A stretch of DNA of 64,000 nucleotides from Octopus bimaculoides (lineage: Eukaryota), in contig NC_068984.1 of assembly GCF_001194135.2 (NCBI RefSeq), forward strand, positions 65,542,713 through 65,606,712, given 5' to 3'. The translations under genes and the position numbers were made by a program. Shown piece after piece: positions 26,718 through 39,650 of this stretch. Position 1 is the stretch's first letter; each line of letters begins with the position of its first letter. The notes beneath the pieces were generated by a model. The model was not told the origin of the DNA, did not search any database, and was given only the letters and a program-made list of their open reading frames with translations.

Positions 26718-26873
26718 AGAAAACTGGTTATTGTTTGCATTTGAATTGTAATCAACTAATGGCAAGAGATCAATGTCATTTGGCTGTCTTTATTATTAGC
26801 ATTATCCTTTTGATTAGATAAATATATGTTGTGTGAATAAAGATCTCAGTATTAATAAAATGAATTAATGCAA

Positions 26874-27090
26874 CAAGCTGGCAGAATCATTAACAGGCCA
26901 GGTAAAATGCTTAGTGGCATTTTGCCCATGTTTATGCTTCAGTTCAAATTCCGTTGAGGACATCTTTACTTTACATCCTTTCAGGGTCGATGAAATGAGT
27001 ACCAGTCAAGTACTGAGTGTTGATGTGATCAACTTACTCTTGCCTCCAAAATTGCTGGCTTTGTGTCAAAATTTGAAACCAATATTAATA
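26874..27090 (+). mobile_element. SINE family C copy
   Basis: CAAGCTGGCAGAATC...CATCCTTTCAGGGTCGATGAAAT...TTTGAAACC. Confidence 0.75.
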
Positions 27091-27899
27091 AAATGAGTTA
27101 TTTAAATCGTTATGTAATATTTGGGGAGGTGCCCTGCATGACCACAAGGCAATCACTGAAATGAGTAAAGAAATAAAAGAAAGAATCAAGGAAGTAAGAA
27201 AATATTCCTCTAACGAATTAAAACATCACAGCATCATAGAAGTTAAATCATTAGGAGGCTCTGAACATATAATCCATGGGTCACAAATCAATTTTTTGTC
27301 ATGTGCAACTGTAAAATAACCTATTATACTTATCTCAATTTGTTTTACAGGAAATATATTAATACTAATTTCAACAAATAGCTGTCATGAAAACAGATAT
27401 AAATTTATATTAAAATTGTTCCAAACACTAAGTATCTAATTAGGTGATAACAATTGTGGTGATGATGATGATCATAATGACCATGATGGTGTATGTGTGT
27501 GTGTGTGTACATACACATGCATGCTTGTATAAGTATGAATGGGTAAGATACTGAGATACCAGCCTATATCTTTGAGTTCATATCTTGTATGCTATTAAAC
27601 AAAATGCTATTCTCTGTGTAGTTTAAATTTATTCTACTTATTCTGTGACAGATTTCTTTCCTCTCTCTTAGTGCTAGCAACACCTAGGTGATGTTAGTAG
27701 ACTTTATATTTTAATTCAAATTATTATATATTAAATGGAATATATAAGTAAGAGAATTTCAAGAATGATCTTTGATAAACAATTGTGAAAAGTTAATATC
27801 AGTTTAAATGTAGTGTAACTGAACCTATTGTGATAACTACATAGAAATATTTTTCTATCACTGTAATGTTTATTAGATACGATATACCAGCAACTGGTT

Positions 27900-28420
27900 T
27901 TATAGAGAAGTTTGTCATAGGAGATATAGATCAGTTATAAATCCATATTTAACTGATGGATAAAACTTTAGGATGTTACTAGACAATATGGTATCACCAT
28001 AATCAAGCATAAATACCAGGATAGCAATATATTTATTTCCTTTATTAGATTTGAGCAAGAATATATTTTGTCACTTTCTCTACAAGTGAGCAGAAGGCAG
28101 ATCTGGTCAAAAGCAGATGACAACAGCTTCAGCATGCTGACCATTCTTTGTACAGAGCAGCTCATGACTGATACGTAAGAGCAAGAAATGAAGACTATCT
28201 TAAATCACACAGTATGGAGTCTTGCCCTACCTTGAAACAATATTTACTTTCAATTAAGAAGAGTACAGTGTTTTTGGCCCTATACTTTATAAACTCACTG
28301 AACTTAGACCTCCCTCTGATTGTTTGGCCAAAATTCAACATCTTGTGATACACAATATCAGGCACACCATAACAATTTCTAATATGAAGCCTTGTTTTTA
28401 AAATCATCAGCTGTATAATA
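27900..28420 (-). mobile_element. RTE-like LINE RT relic
   Basis: YGVPDIVYHKML...RGRSKFSEF...KVGQDSIL corresponds to YGCPDKF...GVKQGCIL, and AFDQICLLLTCRESD corresponds to YADDICLL..RE.D. Confidence 0.5.
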
Positions 28421-30461
28421 CCATTAAACGATATCTAGTCACATGGTCACTTTCAAGTTATGTACAGAATCAATTTCCATAATGAATCAGTAATCAGTCT
28501 AAACAATAATTCATTTCTCAAATACAAAAGAGTGGCAAACTAATTTGGTGGGATTCTTTTATCATTTTTTTTTTTTTTTTTTTTGGTAACCTTTTGTCAA
28601 CTTCCTAAGATTCTTATTTACTTCATTAGTACTCTTTTTCTGTTTGATGTAAATAGAGGAGAATAATTTCATAACTTATATTAAAAGTTCTGAAAGCTCC
28701 CGAACAATTTTACTTGGCATAGATTCAATGACAGCTTTCAATTCATCAGAAATGGCAGTCATCCATTTTTCATAAGGCATATCTTAAGTGACGCATCTCA
28801 AAACAAAAGCCTTCTATGACGTATATTCACTTATTTTTTGTAGGTAGTGTGCATTTGTCATAGGTTTATAAACATTTAATAAATGTGCATGCAGACAGAA
28901 TTTCATGGTACCCTTTTTCTGATGAAATTTATTATTACAGCAGGCTATTATATATGTGTGCTTTATATCAAATTACTTCCCATAGAAATTAATAATATAT
29001 TATCTAATGTATACTGCCAGTCAGACAACTTTATTTGAGAATTCAGCAATATATTCAGATGAAAATCAAAAGTGAATACTACAAAAGTTCTGTATATGAA
29101 AAGAAGAATATATTTCATAATACTTAATGGAATGCAGTGTAAAGACAAAAGGCTTCATCATCATATAGTGTCATGCTTATACTTTTCCAGGTAATTAAGT
29201 ATGGTTAGAAATTACATATATAAACCAGGAATAAGTGAAGTGAAATGGTCCAGACATTTCACTTCACTGAAATGCATCAGATATTCAGCTTACCAAGAAC
29301 TTAATAGTCATCAATAACTTTACACACTCACACAAACACACCACATACACACACATCTCTGCAGAGATGTACACTGTTGTGTGTTGTGAGTATGTATCAC
29401 ATTACAATCAGTAGATTGTGTGTCCATGCAAGATGATGCTTAATTACCTTAATTAACAGAAAAGGCTCAAATAGCAATAGAACCTGTATTGTCAATCTCC
29501 CAAGAGTTTATCGCCAGTCCATAGTGCTTATTTTATAGATATGTGTATATGAATTAACAATGGACTTATTTGTGTAAATCATGCATACTACCTGTGTTTG
29601 CTTGTCTATATACATGCTTCCACCTATGGGCATTTGTATGAGTATGAATGTATACGTGTTGTTTTCTGCAAACTCCTGACAAAAATAACGAATTTAAAAT
29701 ATTCCCAATATTAAGTGACATGAATAGTACAGTGAAAAGAATGATGCTGCTTAAAATTGATGATTTATAGGTGAAAGATTAAGCCATTTTTCATAGCTCT
29801 ATCTTGCTTGTATACAAAACATATGAAAAGGTGCTGACTAAGGAAAGAAAAGCATTTATTTTGCTTTCATTGTGAGTCTATTATTGTACATTATGTACAT
29901 AATATTGTAATATTGGTCTTTCTGCATAATATTATATTCATCAGAGATACTCAATATATAAGGCAAGGGGTGCACAGCAGAGCTAATTGACTGATGATAT
30001 GACTCTTTTTCCTATATAGGTTAGGAATAATGTCATGAATACAAGATAATATATTGAATACCTAACTTAATCCTAAATGTTTTCTTGTACTAGCCTCAGA
30101 AGTGTATAGAAATGATATAGTTTCCTGTAGTCTTATGGTATTTACAAACACAAATAAAGCAGTTGTCAAGAGTAAGTTGTTGGTCTACTAACCTAAAATG
30201 TTCCAACAGACAATAAAGTACTATGTGTTCTTTTTTTTAAAAATAAAATAAAGACAAATAATTTACTTGCCAATTTGACCAAGCAGAAAAATATCTATCA
30301 TCCCTGGTTCATGGTTGAGTTGATGGCTTTAAGAAATAATCAATATTCAAAACAACTGCTTCAACAATTCATGAAACTGTCTGAATTAGCACAACCATTC
30401 CATCTGGTATGGAAATTACATATAACAAGATCTATTAAAATAACAACAAAAACAACAAAAG

Positions 30462-30640
30462 AAGGAGGAGGGGAGGACATGGGGAGAAAAGGCAAAGAGA
30501 AGAAAGAGAAGAGAAGAGAAAGAGGGGAAGGGGGGGAGAAAAGTAGAGGGAAGAGAATGAAGAAAGGAGAATAAAGAGGAGAATGAAGGAGGGAAAGTAG
30601 AAAAGGAAGAAAGAAAGAGAAAAAAAAAAAAACAGAAAGA
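30462..30640. repeat. Polypurine (GA-rich) low-complexity tract
   Basis: About 180 bp almost entirely A/G on the plus strand. A shorter similar tract is at about 17860-17950. Confidence 0.85.
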
Positions 30641-31544
30641 AAGCAGCAGTCCAGAAACGAAAATGCTGGATTTCTATTCTTCTGTTTTGCTTAGCAAAAG
30701 TAGTAAAACATTAAACAGTATTTTGTTTGATGCTTAGCATTTTTATGTTTCAAATCTTGCTAGGTTTAATTTCATATTTCAACTCCTTGTGGATAAAAAG
30801 AACCAGCAATGTACAACAATTACCTCCTTCAGTTACACAAAGATGTGTACATTTCGCTTTTACAAAAGAAATCATTTGGATTCTATAACACCAGAATATT
30901 AGAATCAATATGTAAAGCATTTAGTAGAAAAATAGACTGATATTTTACAGGTGTAGTTTTTTTTTATTTAATGATTAAGTGGGAAATTAATTTCTAGTGT
31001 TTGGAGTCATATCTCAACAATCTAGAAAAATGAGAAATCAAAACAAGATATTGATATAATCAAATCCTTCTTGTTATTACTTCTTTGACTATGTTTATAT
31101 CAAATATTGCTTGAATTGACATTGTTAAACTGAAATATAGTATCAATAGAAATGTGATAATTAGACATAATAAAACTGATGTGACAATAGATTATATAAA
31201 AAATATGTTTATAAACTATATTTTTGTTGTAAGTTCTGTATTTCATTTTGAAAATTGAAAATGAATTTTATAATACTATAGGTCTTTTCATAAATAATCT
31301 CCCTTGTTTATATCTAAATGAAAAGTACTATTAATATAATACTTCTAATTCTAAATAAAGGCTACATTTCAAAAAGCATACTTTGTATTTGTCAATAAGC
31401 TATGATAAAGTATATTTATTTATATGGAAGTGAAAATTTAAACTCCACTTCTTTATTAATTAATTAAAGCTAAAGTGTTATAACATTTGTTTGCTAGCAA
31501 ATTGAAGTCACTTTAATAATCATGCTAAAAACAAAACGATGATG

Positions 31545-31697
31545 ATTTGACCCCAGTACTCAACTGGTACTTATTTTATCAAGTCCAAAAGATGAAAGGC
31601 TAAGTCAACCCCAACAGAATTTGAACTCAGAACATAACGACAGACTGCTGCAAAGCATTTTGCCTGGCATGCTACAATTCTGCTAGCTTGCCACCTT
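31545..31697 (-). mobile_element. SINE family C copy (partial)
   Basis: Reverse complement of family C (TTTGAACTCAGAAC...CTTGCCACC). Confidence 0.7.
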
Positions 31698-31929
31698 TTT
31701 CTTTTCTAAAATATTCTTCAATTTTTCTTAATAAGTATTATTTATATTATAAGAGAATCTCTACATGACTGCTTGACCTGCTCAGAAGATCTGCTTTCTA
31801 AACACAGCCTGTTATCTTGATATAGCAAGGACATATTAGATAATATGTATGAAGAAAAATAAAAATGAAATAATAATCATTTAAATGGCAGAACATTAGC
31901 TTAAATTCATTGTAGTATTTAGTAATATG

Positions 31930-32130
31930 TAGTGAGCTGGCAGAATTGTTAGCACGCTGGGCGAAATACTTAGTGGTATTTTGTCTGCCATTACATTCTG
32001 AGTTCAAATTCCGCCTTTTACCCTTTCAGGGTCGATTAAATAAGTGCCAGTTATGCAATGTGGTCGACGTAATCAACTTAAACCCTTTGCTTGTCCCCTC
32101 TATGTTTTGCCCCCTGTGGACAATAAAGAA
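31930..32130 (+). mobile_element. SINE family C copy
   Basis: GTGAGCTGGCAGAATTGTTAGCACGC...GAGTTCAAATTCCGCC. Confidence 0.8.
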
Positions 32131-32924
32131 ATAAATATGTCAATATATTCTGACTTAAACTCTTTCTAAGTCTGCTTCACCTTCCATCCTTTTGGGCTTT
32201 ATAAGTAATAGTCAAGTACAGGAGCTGATTAATTGATTATACATTTCTAACAAAATCCCTAGCCTTGTGTTAAGGTTAGAAATCAATTATTATTGTGTTC
32301 AAGTGCTAGATATGCTAAAACACTGGCCTAAGTGTCTATGATTGTGTAGTTATATCACTGACTTGAGTTCAAATTCCAATGTTCAACTCACCTCACATTC
32401 ATTTAAAGTCAACAGTTGTATAAATTCTTTATCTGGCTTTACAGATTCATACAACAGACGAATCTGAACAAGAGATAGTATTTTTATAATGTGTATATGC
32501 ATAAGATATATATTTTGCAATTTTTTAGATATATCTTGGTAAGTTTTATGCTATATCTTGATCTTGGTCAAAAGGCAGAGAGCAGATAGTTATTTTGTAA
32601 TATTAAATTTAGTATTATATTATCACTCTAAATACATTACATAGTTTGCTAGTATTCACTGTATACACATATCCAGTGTGTGTATATGTATATACATTTA
32701 TATAAATGTGAAATTTTTTTGATTTGTAAACATGTAAATGCATTTTGAATTTGCATGAGCACATGTGTATTGACATTATTTTCCTATCAATTCAGAAAGG
32801 AACCCAGAATGTAATGACAGACAAAATACCACGAAGTATTTCGCCCAGCGTGCTAACGATTTTGCCAGCTCACTACATATTACTAAATACTACAATGAAT
32901 TTAAGCTAATGTTCTGTCATTTAA

Positions 32925-32926
<2 letters not shown>

Positions 32927-32965
<39 letters not shown>

Positions 32966-32966
32966 C
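32927..32966. repeat. (GAT)n microsatellite
   Basis: Directly visible; source of the poly-M ORF 32925..33128. Confidence 0.95.
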
Positions 32967-33029
32967 ATGTCAAGTTTGTCCACAGGACCACACATTTTAC
33001 AAGAGGATATAGTTGAAATAACGGTTTCA

Positions 33030-33230
33030 GATTTTAGCACAAGGCCAGCAAGTGCAGGAGAGGAGGGTAAGTTGGATTATATCAGCCCTAGTACTAAACT
33101 GGTACTTATTTTATCAACCATAAAATAAAACGTTGAAGGCCCACTAAACTGGTACTTATTTTATCAGCCATAAAAGGCTGAAAGGCAAAGTCGACCAATG
33201 TGCTAATGCTAACGATTCAGCCAGTCCACC
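33030..33230 (-). mobile_element. SINE family C copy with internal duplication and deletion
   Basis: Reverse-strand family C body; ACTAAACTGGTACTTATTTTATCA.CCATAAAA occurs twice. Confidence 0.65.
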
Positions 33231-33539
33231 TCCTATGCTTATTTTCTTGACCAAAGAAAGATGATTTGAACTCAGAATATAATAAGATAACTAACTCAGA
33301 AACAAAAACAACTACAAAACTATCTAGAATGAACAAGTGGTGAAACTTATTTGCTTATACATGCATGCACATATATATGTGTATGTATATATACATATGT
33401 GTGTATGTCAACCAAGGACTAATAGCAACAGCAAGAATAATAGCAAGATTAGAAATCTGATTGACAGTACTGAATCACATACTAGAAGGCATTTAGCTGG
33501 AATCACTAATAATGCCAAATGCATTACCTTAATAATGAT

Positions 33540-33760
33540 AATAATAATCTTTTTTACTATAGACACAAAGCCTGAAATTCTGGGGGAAGGAACTAGTTGA
33601 TTCCATCAACCCCAGTGTTTAACTGGTACTTAATTTATTGACCCAAAAAGGATGAAAGGCAAAGTTGAGCTTGGAAGAATTTGAACTCAGAAGGTAGCAA
33701 CAGATGAAATACCACTAAGCGTTTCACCTGGCATGCTAACGATTCTGCCAGCTTGCCACC

Positions 33761-33762
<2 letters not shown>
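33540..33762 (-). mobile_element. SINE family C full-length copy
   Basis: Minus-strand head AAGGTGGCAAGCTGGCAGAATCGTTAGC abuts an (ATT)n run. Confidence 0.8.

Positions 33763-33841
<79 letters not shown>
33762..33841. repeat. (AAT)n microsatellite
   Basis: Directly visible. Confidence 0.95.
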
Positions 33842-33843
<2 letters not shown>

Positions 33844-34714
33844 AGTAATCAGTAGTAACTCTTTATCAAACTGTGGTACAGAAAAAAAAACTTTACTTTT
33901 AATGTAAAGTAAAAATTGATACAAATAATTAATTATTATTATGCTGAAAGGTATCATGTCAACAAAACAATCTATTTCAGTATAATGCATATTTAATTGA
34001 ATTAAAATTTTGGAAACTATTTTGAAATACAGCAGAAGGTAAAACATGATTTAGAGGATTAGAAATAAATTCAATTTGTACAAAAAATATCATGTAATTT
34101 AGAGTAGAGAAATATCAATTCAAAAATTTTGTTTCTTTGGATTATTCGCAGATTTCTTTGAGTTTTTCATGGATAAAGTTTTCAATAAATTGATGTGATT
34201 TTTCACTAAATTACATAAGTAGTGATTGCTTTAGCTGGTGAAAGTTTGACAGGAACTCGTATATAATTGAAGAAAACTGTTTAATTGAGATTAATTAAAT
34301 ATACCAGTTAGGTGAAATAAATCACTGTATCTTCTAATCACCATTTATAATTTGTATGAATGTTTACATGTGGTGCACATTTGTATGTTATACATACATA
34401 TAATGCTTCATACCAGTATGTATACATGCACACACACACACACATCCAAACATACATTGAAAGCACATGCCGAGACTAATTAGATAAACAAGGCTTCAAA
34501 TAGAAACAGAGAAACTAAAACACTAAAACTCATATACACATCTTTTGCAAAGCTACAAGTGATGTGGATATCAGCTAATGTTGTATATCTGGTTATCATA
34601 CATTCTTTGATACCTGTATCAAAAATTGTATTGTGGTCATCCTGGTGCACTGGCTTGAAGTTTATATTTAATTTAGAGAGACATGATCTCTGAACATTTT
34701 TGTTTTGTTGATTA

Positions 34715-34764
<50 letters not shown>

Positions 34765-36239
34765 CTTGTATTGAGAGAGAGGAGAAAGATTCCACTTGAA
34801 GAAATGTCAACAGAGAAGCTGCAAGTTACCAAACTGCTTAAATAGACAATAGAATGTGCATGTATGTCTGTGTGCATGCTAGAGAGGGGTAGAGAGACTG
34901 TGCTTCTGTGTGCTTCAAGAAATTAGTCTTTCCATTAAACCTCTTTGTATAAGAATTCAGACTACATATTATCAGTAGCATATTCATAAGTAAGTAGTAG
35001 ACACATTTTTTAGATAACTGTTTTACTATATCAATGCTACTAATTCAAATTTGCCTGCACATGTATTCCTCCTATATATAAAAATGTTTGGAATCAAAAT
35101 TAAGCATAAATATATCATTAACAACATAAGAGTTCATATTTTACTCCCCGTTATAAGAAAGCAAGGGATATAGAGCTTTTTGTTGCTATTTAACAGAAAT
35201 AAGTGTCAAAAGTTAGCTTCCAAGAAAAAAACTTTAACAGCTTGTATATAATTTATTTATAAAGGAAAGCAACAGTTGATGTATAGTGAAGATATTCATG
35301 CCAAAGAGAATAGTGTACTTACGTTGTACCTAGTGATACATTTTGCACTGAGCAGAAATTGTGAAAGAAAATGTAAATACAATTTTTGCTGATATATCTC
35401 ATATCTTTGTTCCTATTTAACTTTTACTTATGCTATCTGAAGATAAAATGTTAGAAAATACATTATATACTGCAAATTATTAAGGTTTCAACTGATAGTA
35501 ATTAGGCATATAAAAGAGAAATGGTAGAGAAGGAATGTTTGGCACCCCTATAGTAGCTGCAGCTTTCAGAAATCATATCATGATCTTTACAAAAAATTCT
35601 GTATACATCTTTTCAGTCAATTTACATTTTAACAAGGTGATTGTTCAAGAAATGTTGACTATAAAAATCCATAATTTGAAGCCAAATATTTTGGCTGTTA
35701 CTTAAAGAAATGATTTGGCAATTTTCTTATGATAATGTTCCTGCCAAAATTCTAGATTATAAAGAAAAAAAATTAAAGCAAAGTGCAAGCTTATATTCTA
35801 CTAAAATGCTCTCAGATGTGAGGAGAGGTAGTATTTGAGGTGATAAATTAATATTATTAAAACTAATGTTTGCTAAAAACATGAGAATTAAACAAAAACA
35901 GATATTTTTTTTTCTTTATGTCACTTTATGTCAGTCTAATATTTAGTTGAAAATTAATTTTAGTATCTAATAAATATTTTGGAGATATTTTTAGAAAATT
36001 TTCTAATAATTTTATACTTTTGAACTAGTATAGCTAAAAGAAATTCCATGAATTTTCACCATAAAAATATGAGTAAATGATGATGGTGATGATGATGATA
36101 TAAAATATTAAAATACTTACACATCCACACAGAGATATGCAAACAAATGTACATACATAAAAATGCCCAATGATATATGACTATATATGCGTGTGTATTT
36201 GTATAACTATATATACTTATTAATAATAGATTTGCAATG

Positions 36240-36545
36240 ACTAGACAAGTAGGCTGGTCATGTCCCACAGAGGGAGTTGCTAATTATCTGTCCTTTCTTG
36301 TCTCCTCCGTGAGATGCAGCAACTTAAAATCTGTCTTCACTGTTTTCTCTCAAGTTTTCTTCACTCTTCCACACGTTTCATTTACTATGAATGCACAGTA
36401 CTTCTTTATATTGCTGTCCTCCTCCATCAGACTCGCATACCAATGCTGTCTTCTCTTTTGCTTAGGCATTTCATTCCTTTCAGTTCATTTGTGTTCCATT
36501 GCTCATACACACAAGTACTACACATCCAGTGAAGCATACTTACTT
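36240..36545 (-). mobile_element. Second, older RTE LINE 3' ORF fragment
   Basis: VSMLHWMCSTCV...RRQHWYASLMEEDS...TCGRVKKT*EKTVKTD is homologous to the 37000-37330 part of the neighbouring LINE. Confidence 0.65.
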
Positions 36546-36589
36546 CGTTTCTTTCTAGGTTTTGAAAAATTCTGTAATCAAGATCTAGG

Positions 36590-36880
36590 TCAGTCAGGCA
36601 GTACTGGCATCGACCATGCTTGAATGGTACTTTTTATGTGTCACAGCCACAGGACCAGTTAGCCAGCACTGACATCAACCACGCTCGAAGGGTGCTTTTT
36701 ATGTGCCACCAGCATGGGTACCAGTCAGGTGGCACTGGCAACGATCATGCTTACATGGTGCTTATATTGTGCCACCGGCACAGGACCAATCAGGTGGCAC
36801 TAGCATTGACCACACTCAAATGGTGCGTTTTATGTCCACCGGTAAAGGTGCTAATCAGGTGGTAATGTCATCGGCCATGA
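36590..36880. repeat. 65-bp tandem repeat, 4 full units + 1 partial, in the LINE 3' UTR
   Basis: Unit starts at 36590, 36655, 36721, 36786 and 36851 (periods 65, 66, 65, 65). Plus-strand consensus is about CCAGTCAGGTGGCACTGGCATCGACCATGCT...GGTGCTTTTTATGTGCCACCGGCACAGGA. Confidence 0.9.
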
Positions 36881-38220
36881 CAATGACTTCACTTGCCTCA
36901 ACAGGTCTTCGCAAGCGCAGTTTATTACCCAATGGTAGAAGGGTACTCTTAAATGAGCTGGTTATGCTGCACTGGCATAGGCCAAGCTTACAGTCTCATT
37001 TGGCTTGCTGGGTTTTCTCAAGCACAGCATATCTCCAAAGGTCTCAGTCACTTGCCATCGCCTCAGTGAGGCACAATGTTCAAAGGTTGTGCTTCACTAC
37101 CTCATCCCAGATCTTCCTGAGTCTACCTCTTCCACAGGTTCCCTCGAATGTTAGGGTGTGACATTTTCTCACATATGACCATACCAGTACAGTCATCTCT
37201 CTTGCACACCACATTGATGCTTCTTATGCTCAACTTTTCTCTCAGAGTGCTTACATTCTGTCGAACATGCACACTGACATTACACATCCAGCGGTGCATA
37301 CTAACTTCATTCCTTGTAAGCTTATGCATGTCCTCAGCAATCACAGCTCATGTTTTACTTCCATGTAGCATAGCTGTTCGCACACATGCATCAAACAGTC
37401 TACCTTTTACTCTGTGCGAGAGGCCCTTTGTTACCAGCAGAGGTAGGAACTCTCTGAACTTTGCCCAGGCTATTCTTATTCTTGCAGCTACATTCTCAGA
37501 GCATCCACCCCTGCTACTGACTTGGTCAACTAGGTAGCGGAAGCTATCAACTGCTACTAGTTTTTTTCCCTGGAATGTTACAGAAGCTGTTGTCTGCACA
37601 TTTTCAGTGTTTATTACCCCTGAGCATTTGGCACTCACAAAAACAATTAACCTTCCAGTTAACCTTCCTTTGATATTGCTGCACCTCTTATGTGTCCATA
37701 GTTTACACCGGGTACATCTTATGGAGTTTCTACTTATGCTTTTTCTACAGATCGAACAGGGCCATCTACCTGAAGGGATTTGTGGTTTGTCTGCCTTCCA
37801 GCTTATTAAGATCTTGGTTTTTGCTAGATTGACTCAAAGGCTCTTTGATTCTAGACCCTGCTTCCACACCTGAAACTTCTCCTCTAGTTCTGATAGTGAC
37901 TCAGCTATTAGAGCAAGCTCATCAGCATGGCGAAGCTCCCAGGGGCATCCTATCTTGAATTCCTCTGTTATTGCCTGGAGGACTATGATGTATAAGAGCG
38001 AGGCTGGGGACTGATATTTGGTGGACCCCTACCCCTACTTGGAAATCTTCACTGTACTCATTGCAAACCCTCACCTTACTGACAGCATCTCTATACATGG
38101 CTTGTACAGCTCTCACTAACTACTCATCTATCCCTAGTTTCTGCATTGACCATCAGATAAGGGATCAGGGAACCCTGTCAAAGGCTTTCTCCATGTCAAC
38201 GAAAGCCAGGTACAGAGATA
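36590..38220 (-). mobile_element. 5'-truncated RTE-clade LINE (RT domain + 3' UTR)
   Basis: Minus-strand motifs [33 protein letters not shown]...VGVHQ, VDSFRYL, RIRIAWAKFRE, LFDACVRTAMLHGSKT and GRGR.RK.WDEVVK, broken by frameshifts and stops. Confidence 0.92.
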
Positions 38221-38242
38221 TATATCTTTATTATGTGTGTGC

Positions 38243-38247
<5 letters not shown>

Positions 38248-38330
<83 letters not shown>
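38248..38330. repeat. (TA)n microsatellite near the LINE 5' truncation
   Basis: Directly visible. Confidence 0.95.
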
Positions 38331-38336
<6 letters not shown>

Positions 38337-38371
38337 GTGTATGTGTATACATATATATAAATATATAAATA

Positions 38372-38625
38372 AGATTGAGTCAGCAGGAAGTATTATGGTT
38401 GATAGTTATTTTTAAATCCCTACAAATGTTTTTATACAATATAGTTCTTCATATATACAGGTATTTAAATATGCAGCCGGTTACCTGATAAAATGGGATC
38501 CTGTTGTATTTCCTCAAGTGAATATCAAATACCTGTATATATGAAGAACTATGTTGTATAGAAACATTTGTAGTGATTAAAAAATAACTGTCCAACTGTA
38601 ATCCCTCTTGTTGACTCTATTTTAT
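38372..38625. mobile_element. MITE with long terminal inverted repeats
   Basis: Arm ...GATAGTTATTTTTAAATCCCTACAAATG...CAGGTATTT (to about 38467) pairs with AAATACCTG...CATTTGTAGTGATTAAAAAATAACTGTC... (from about 38527), around a spacer of about 60 bp. Confidence 0.8.
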
Positions 38626-39073
38626 TCTATTTTATTTTCACACTCGACAAATGCCCAAATCTAGACTTGGAATTATATCATAATACTACCAGCTATTTGG
38701 TAATTCTTAGGGTGAATGAGCTCTATGCTGTACTCTACTACATTCCTAACAGAATACACCTTAAATATACATATATACATACATATATATGTATATATAC
38801 AGAGAGAGAGAGAGAAAGACTAGATGCAGGAAGTATATATGTATAATATAAATACATTTCAACCAGTTATACATTTTGCACAGAACAGAGGAATAGTGGA
38901 ATAAAATGCAAATGAATTCTTTTTTTTTGCCTCTGTTTCTCTTATCTTTTGACATTATTGTGCTTCTACATATGATATCTGCAGATAAAATAAATTTGAA
39001 GACTCAAAAGTATGGCTTCCATTATACGCTACACATTATTAAGGTATTATGTGATACAAATTACATATACCAG

Positions 39074-39142
<69 letters not shown>

Positions 39143-39454
39143 CACAAAATACATTTAGATAAATGATAGAAAATGCAATGAATGACATCCTTTATTTTAA
39201 ATCTCTGCAATTGTTTCGGCACATTTTTACACGCATAGTATACTGGTGAGATGTTGTACAATCATTATGATACATTCAAGGTGTAAAATGCATACACCTC
39301 CTTGGTTGATCGTTTAAATGGGTTCTTCATTAGATACCACCATTATTTTGCACACTGTGAAGATACATACCTAAAGTGATATGTCATTTTTAATAGTTTC
39401 CAGACAAAACTAAATCCATAGATATAGTGACAGATAAAATACAGTTATAATTAT

Positions 39455-39650
39455 CAGCATGATCATTTAGCAACTGCTTTCCATGCTGGCATGGGTCAGA
39501 CTGAACTTGGTAAGCTGGGGAGCTGCACCAGGTTCCAGTTTGATTTGGCGAGGTTTCTACAGCAGAATGCCCTTCCTAACACCAACCACTCCAACCAAGA
39601 GTGTAATGGGTAATTTTTACATGCCACTAGCACAGGTATCAGTTACATGA
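39455..39650 (-). mobile_element. Decayed RTE-type 3' tail copy
   Basis: CCATGCTGGCATGGG...GCCCTTCCTAACACCAACCACTC is the reverse complement of the 12736-type tail. Confidence 0.6.

Noticed and set aside
30275-30574. 99-aa ORF with K/E/G/R-rich tail
   Set aside because: The C-terminal half is the polypurine tract and there is no recognisable domain.
36590-36880. CRISPR-like array
   Set aside because: The units are contiguous 65-bp tandem repeats with no unique spacers and no cas genes; they lie in a eukaryotic LINE 3' UTR.
36703-37873. Plus-strand ORFs of 88-152 aa
   Set aside because: Antisense frames of the minus-strand RTE LINE and its 3' UTR.
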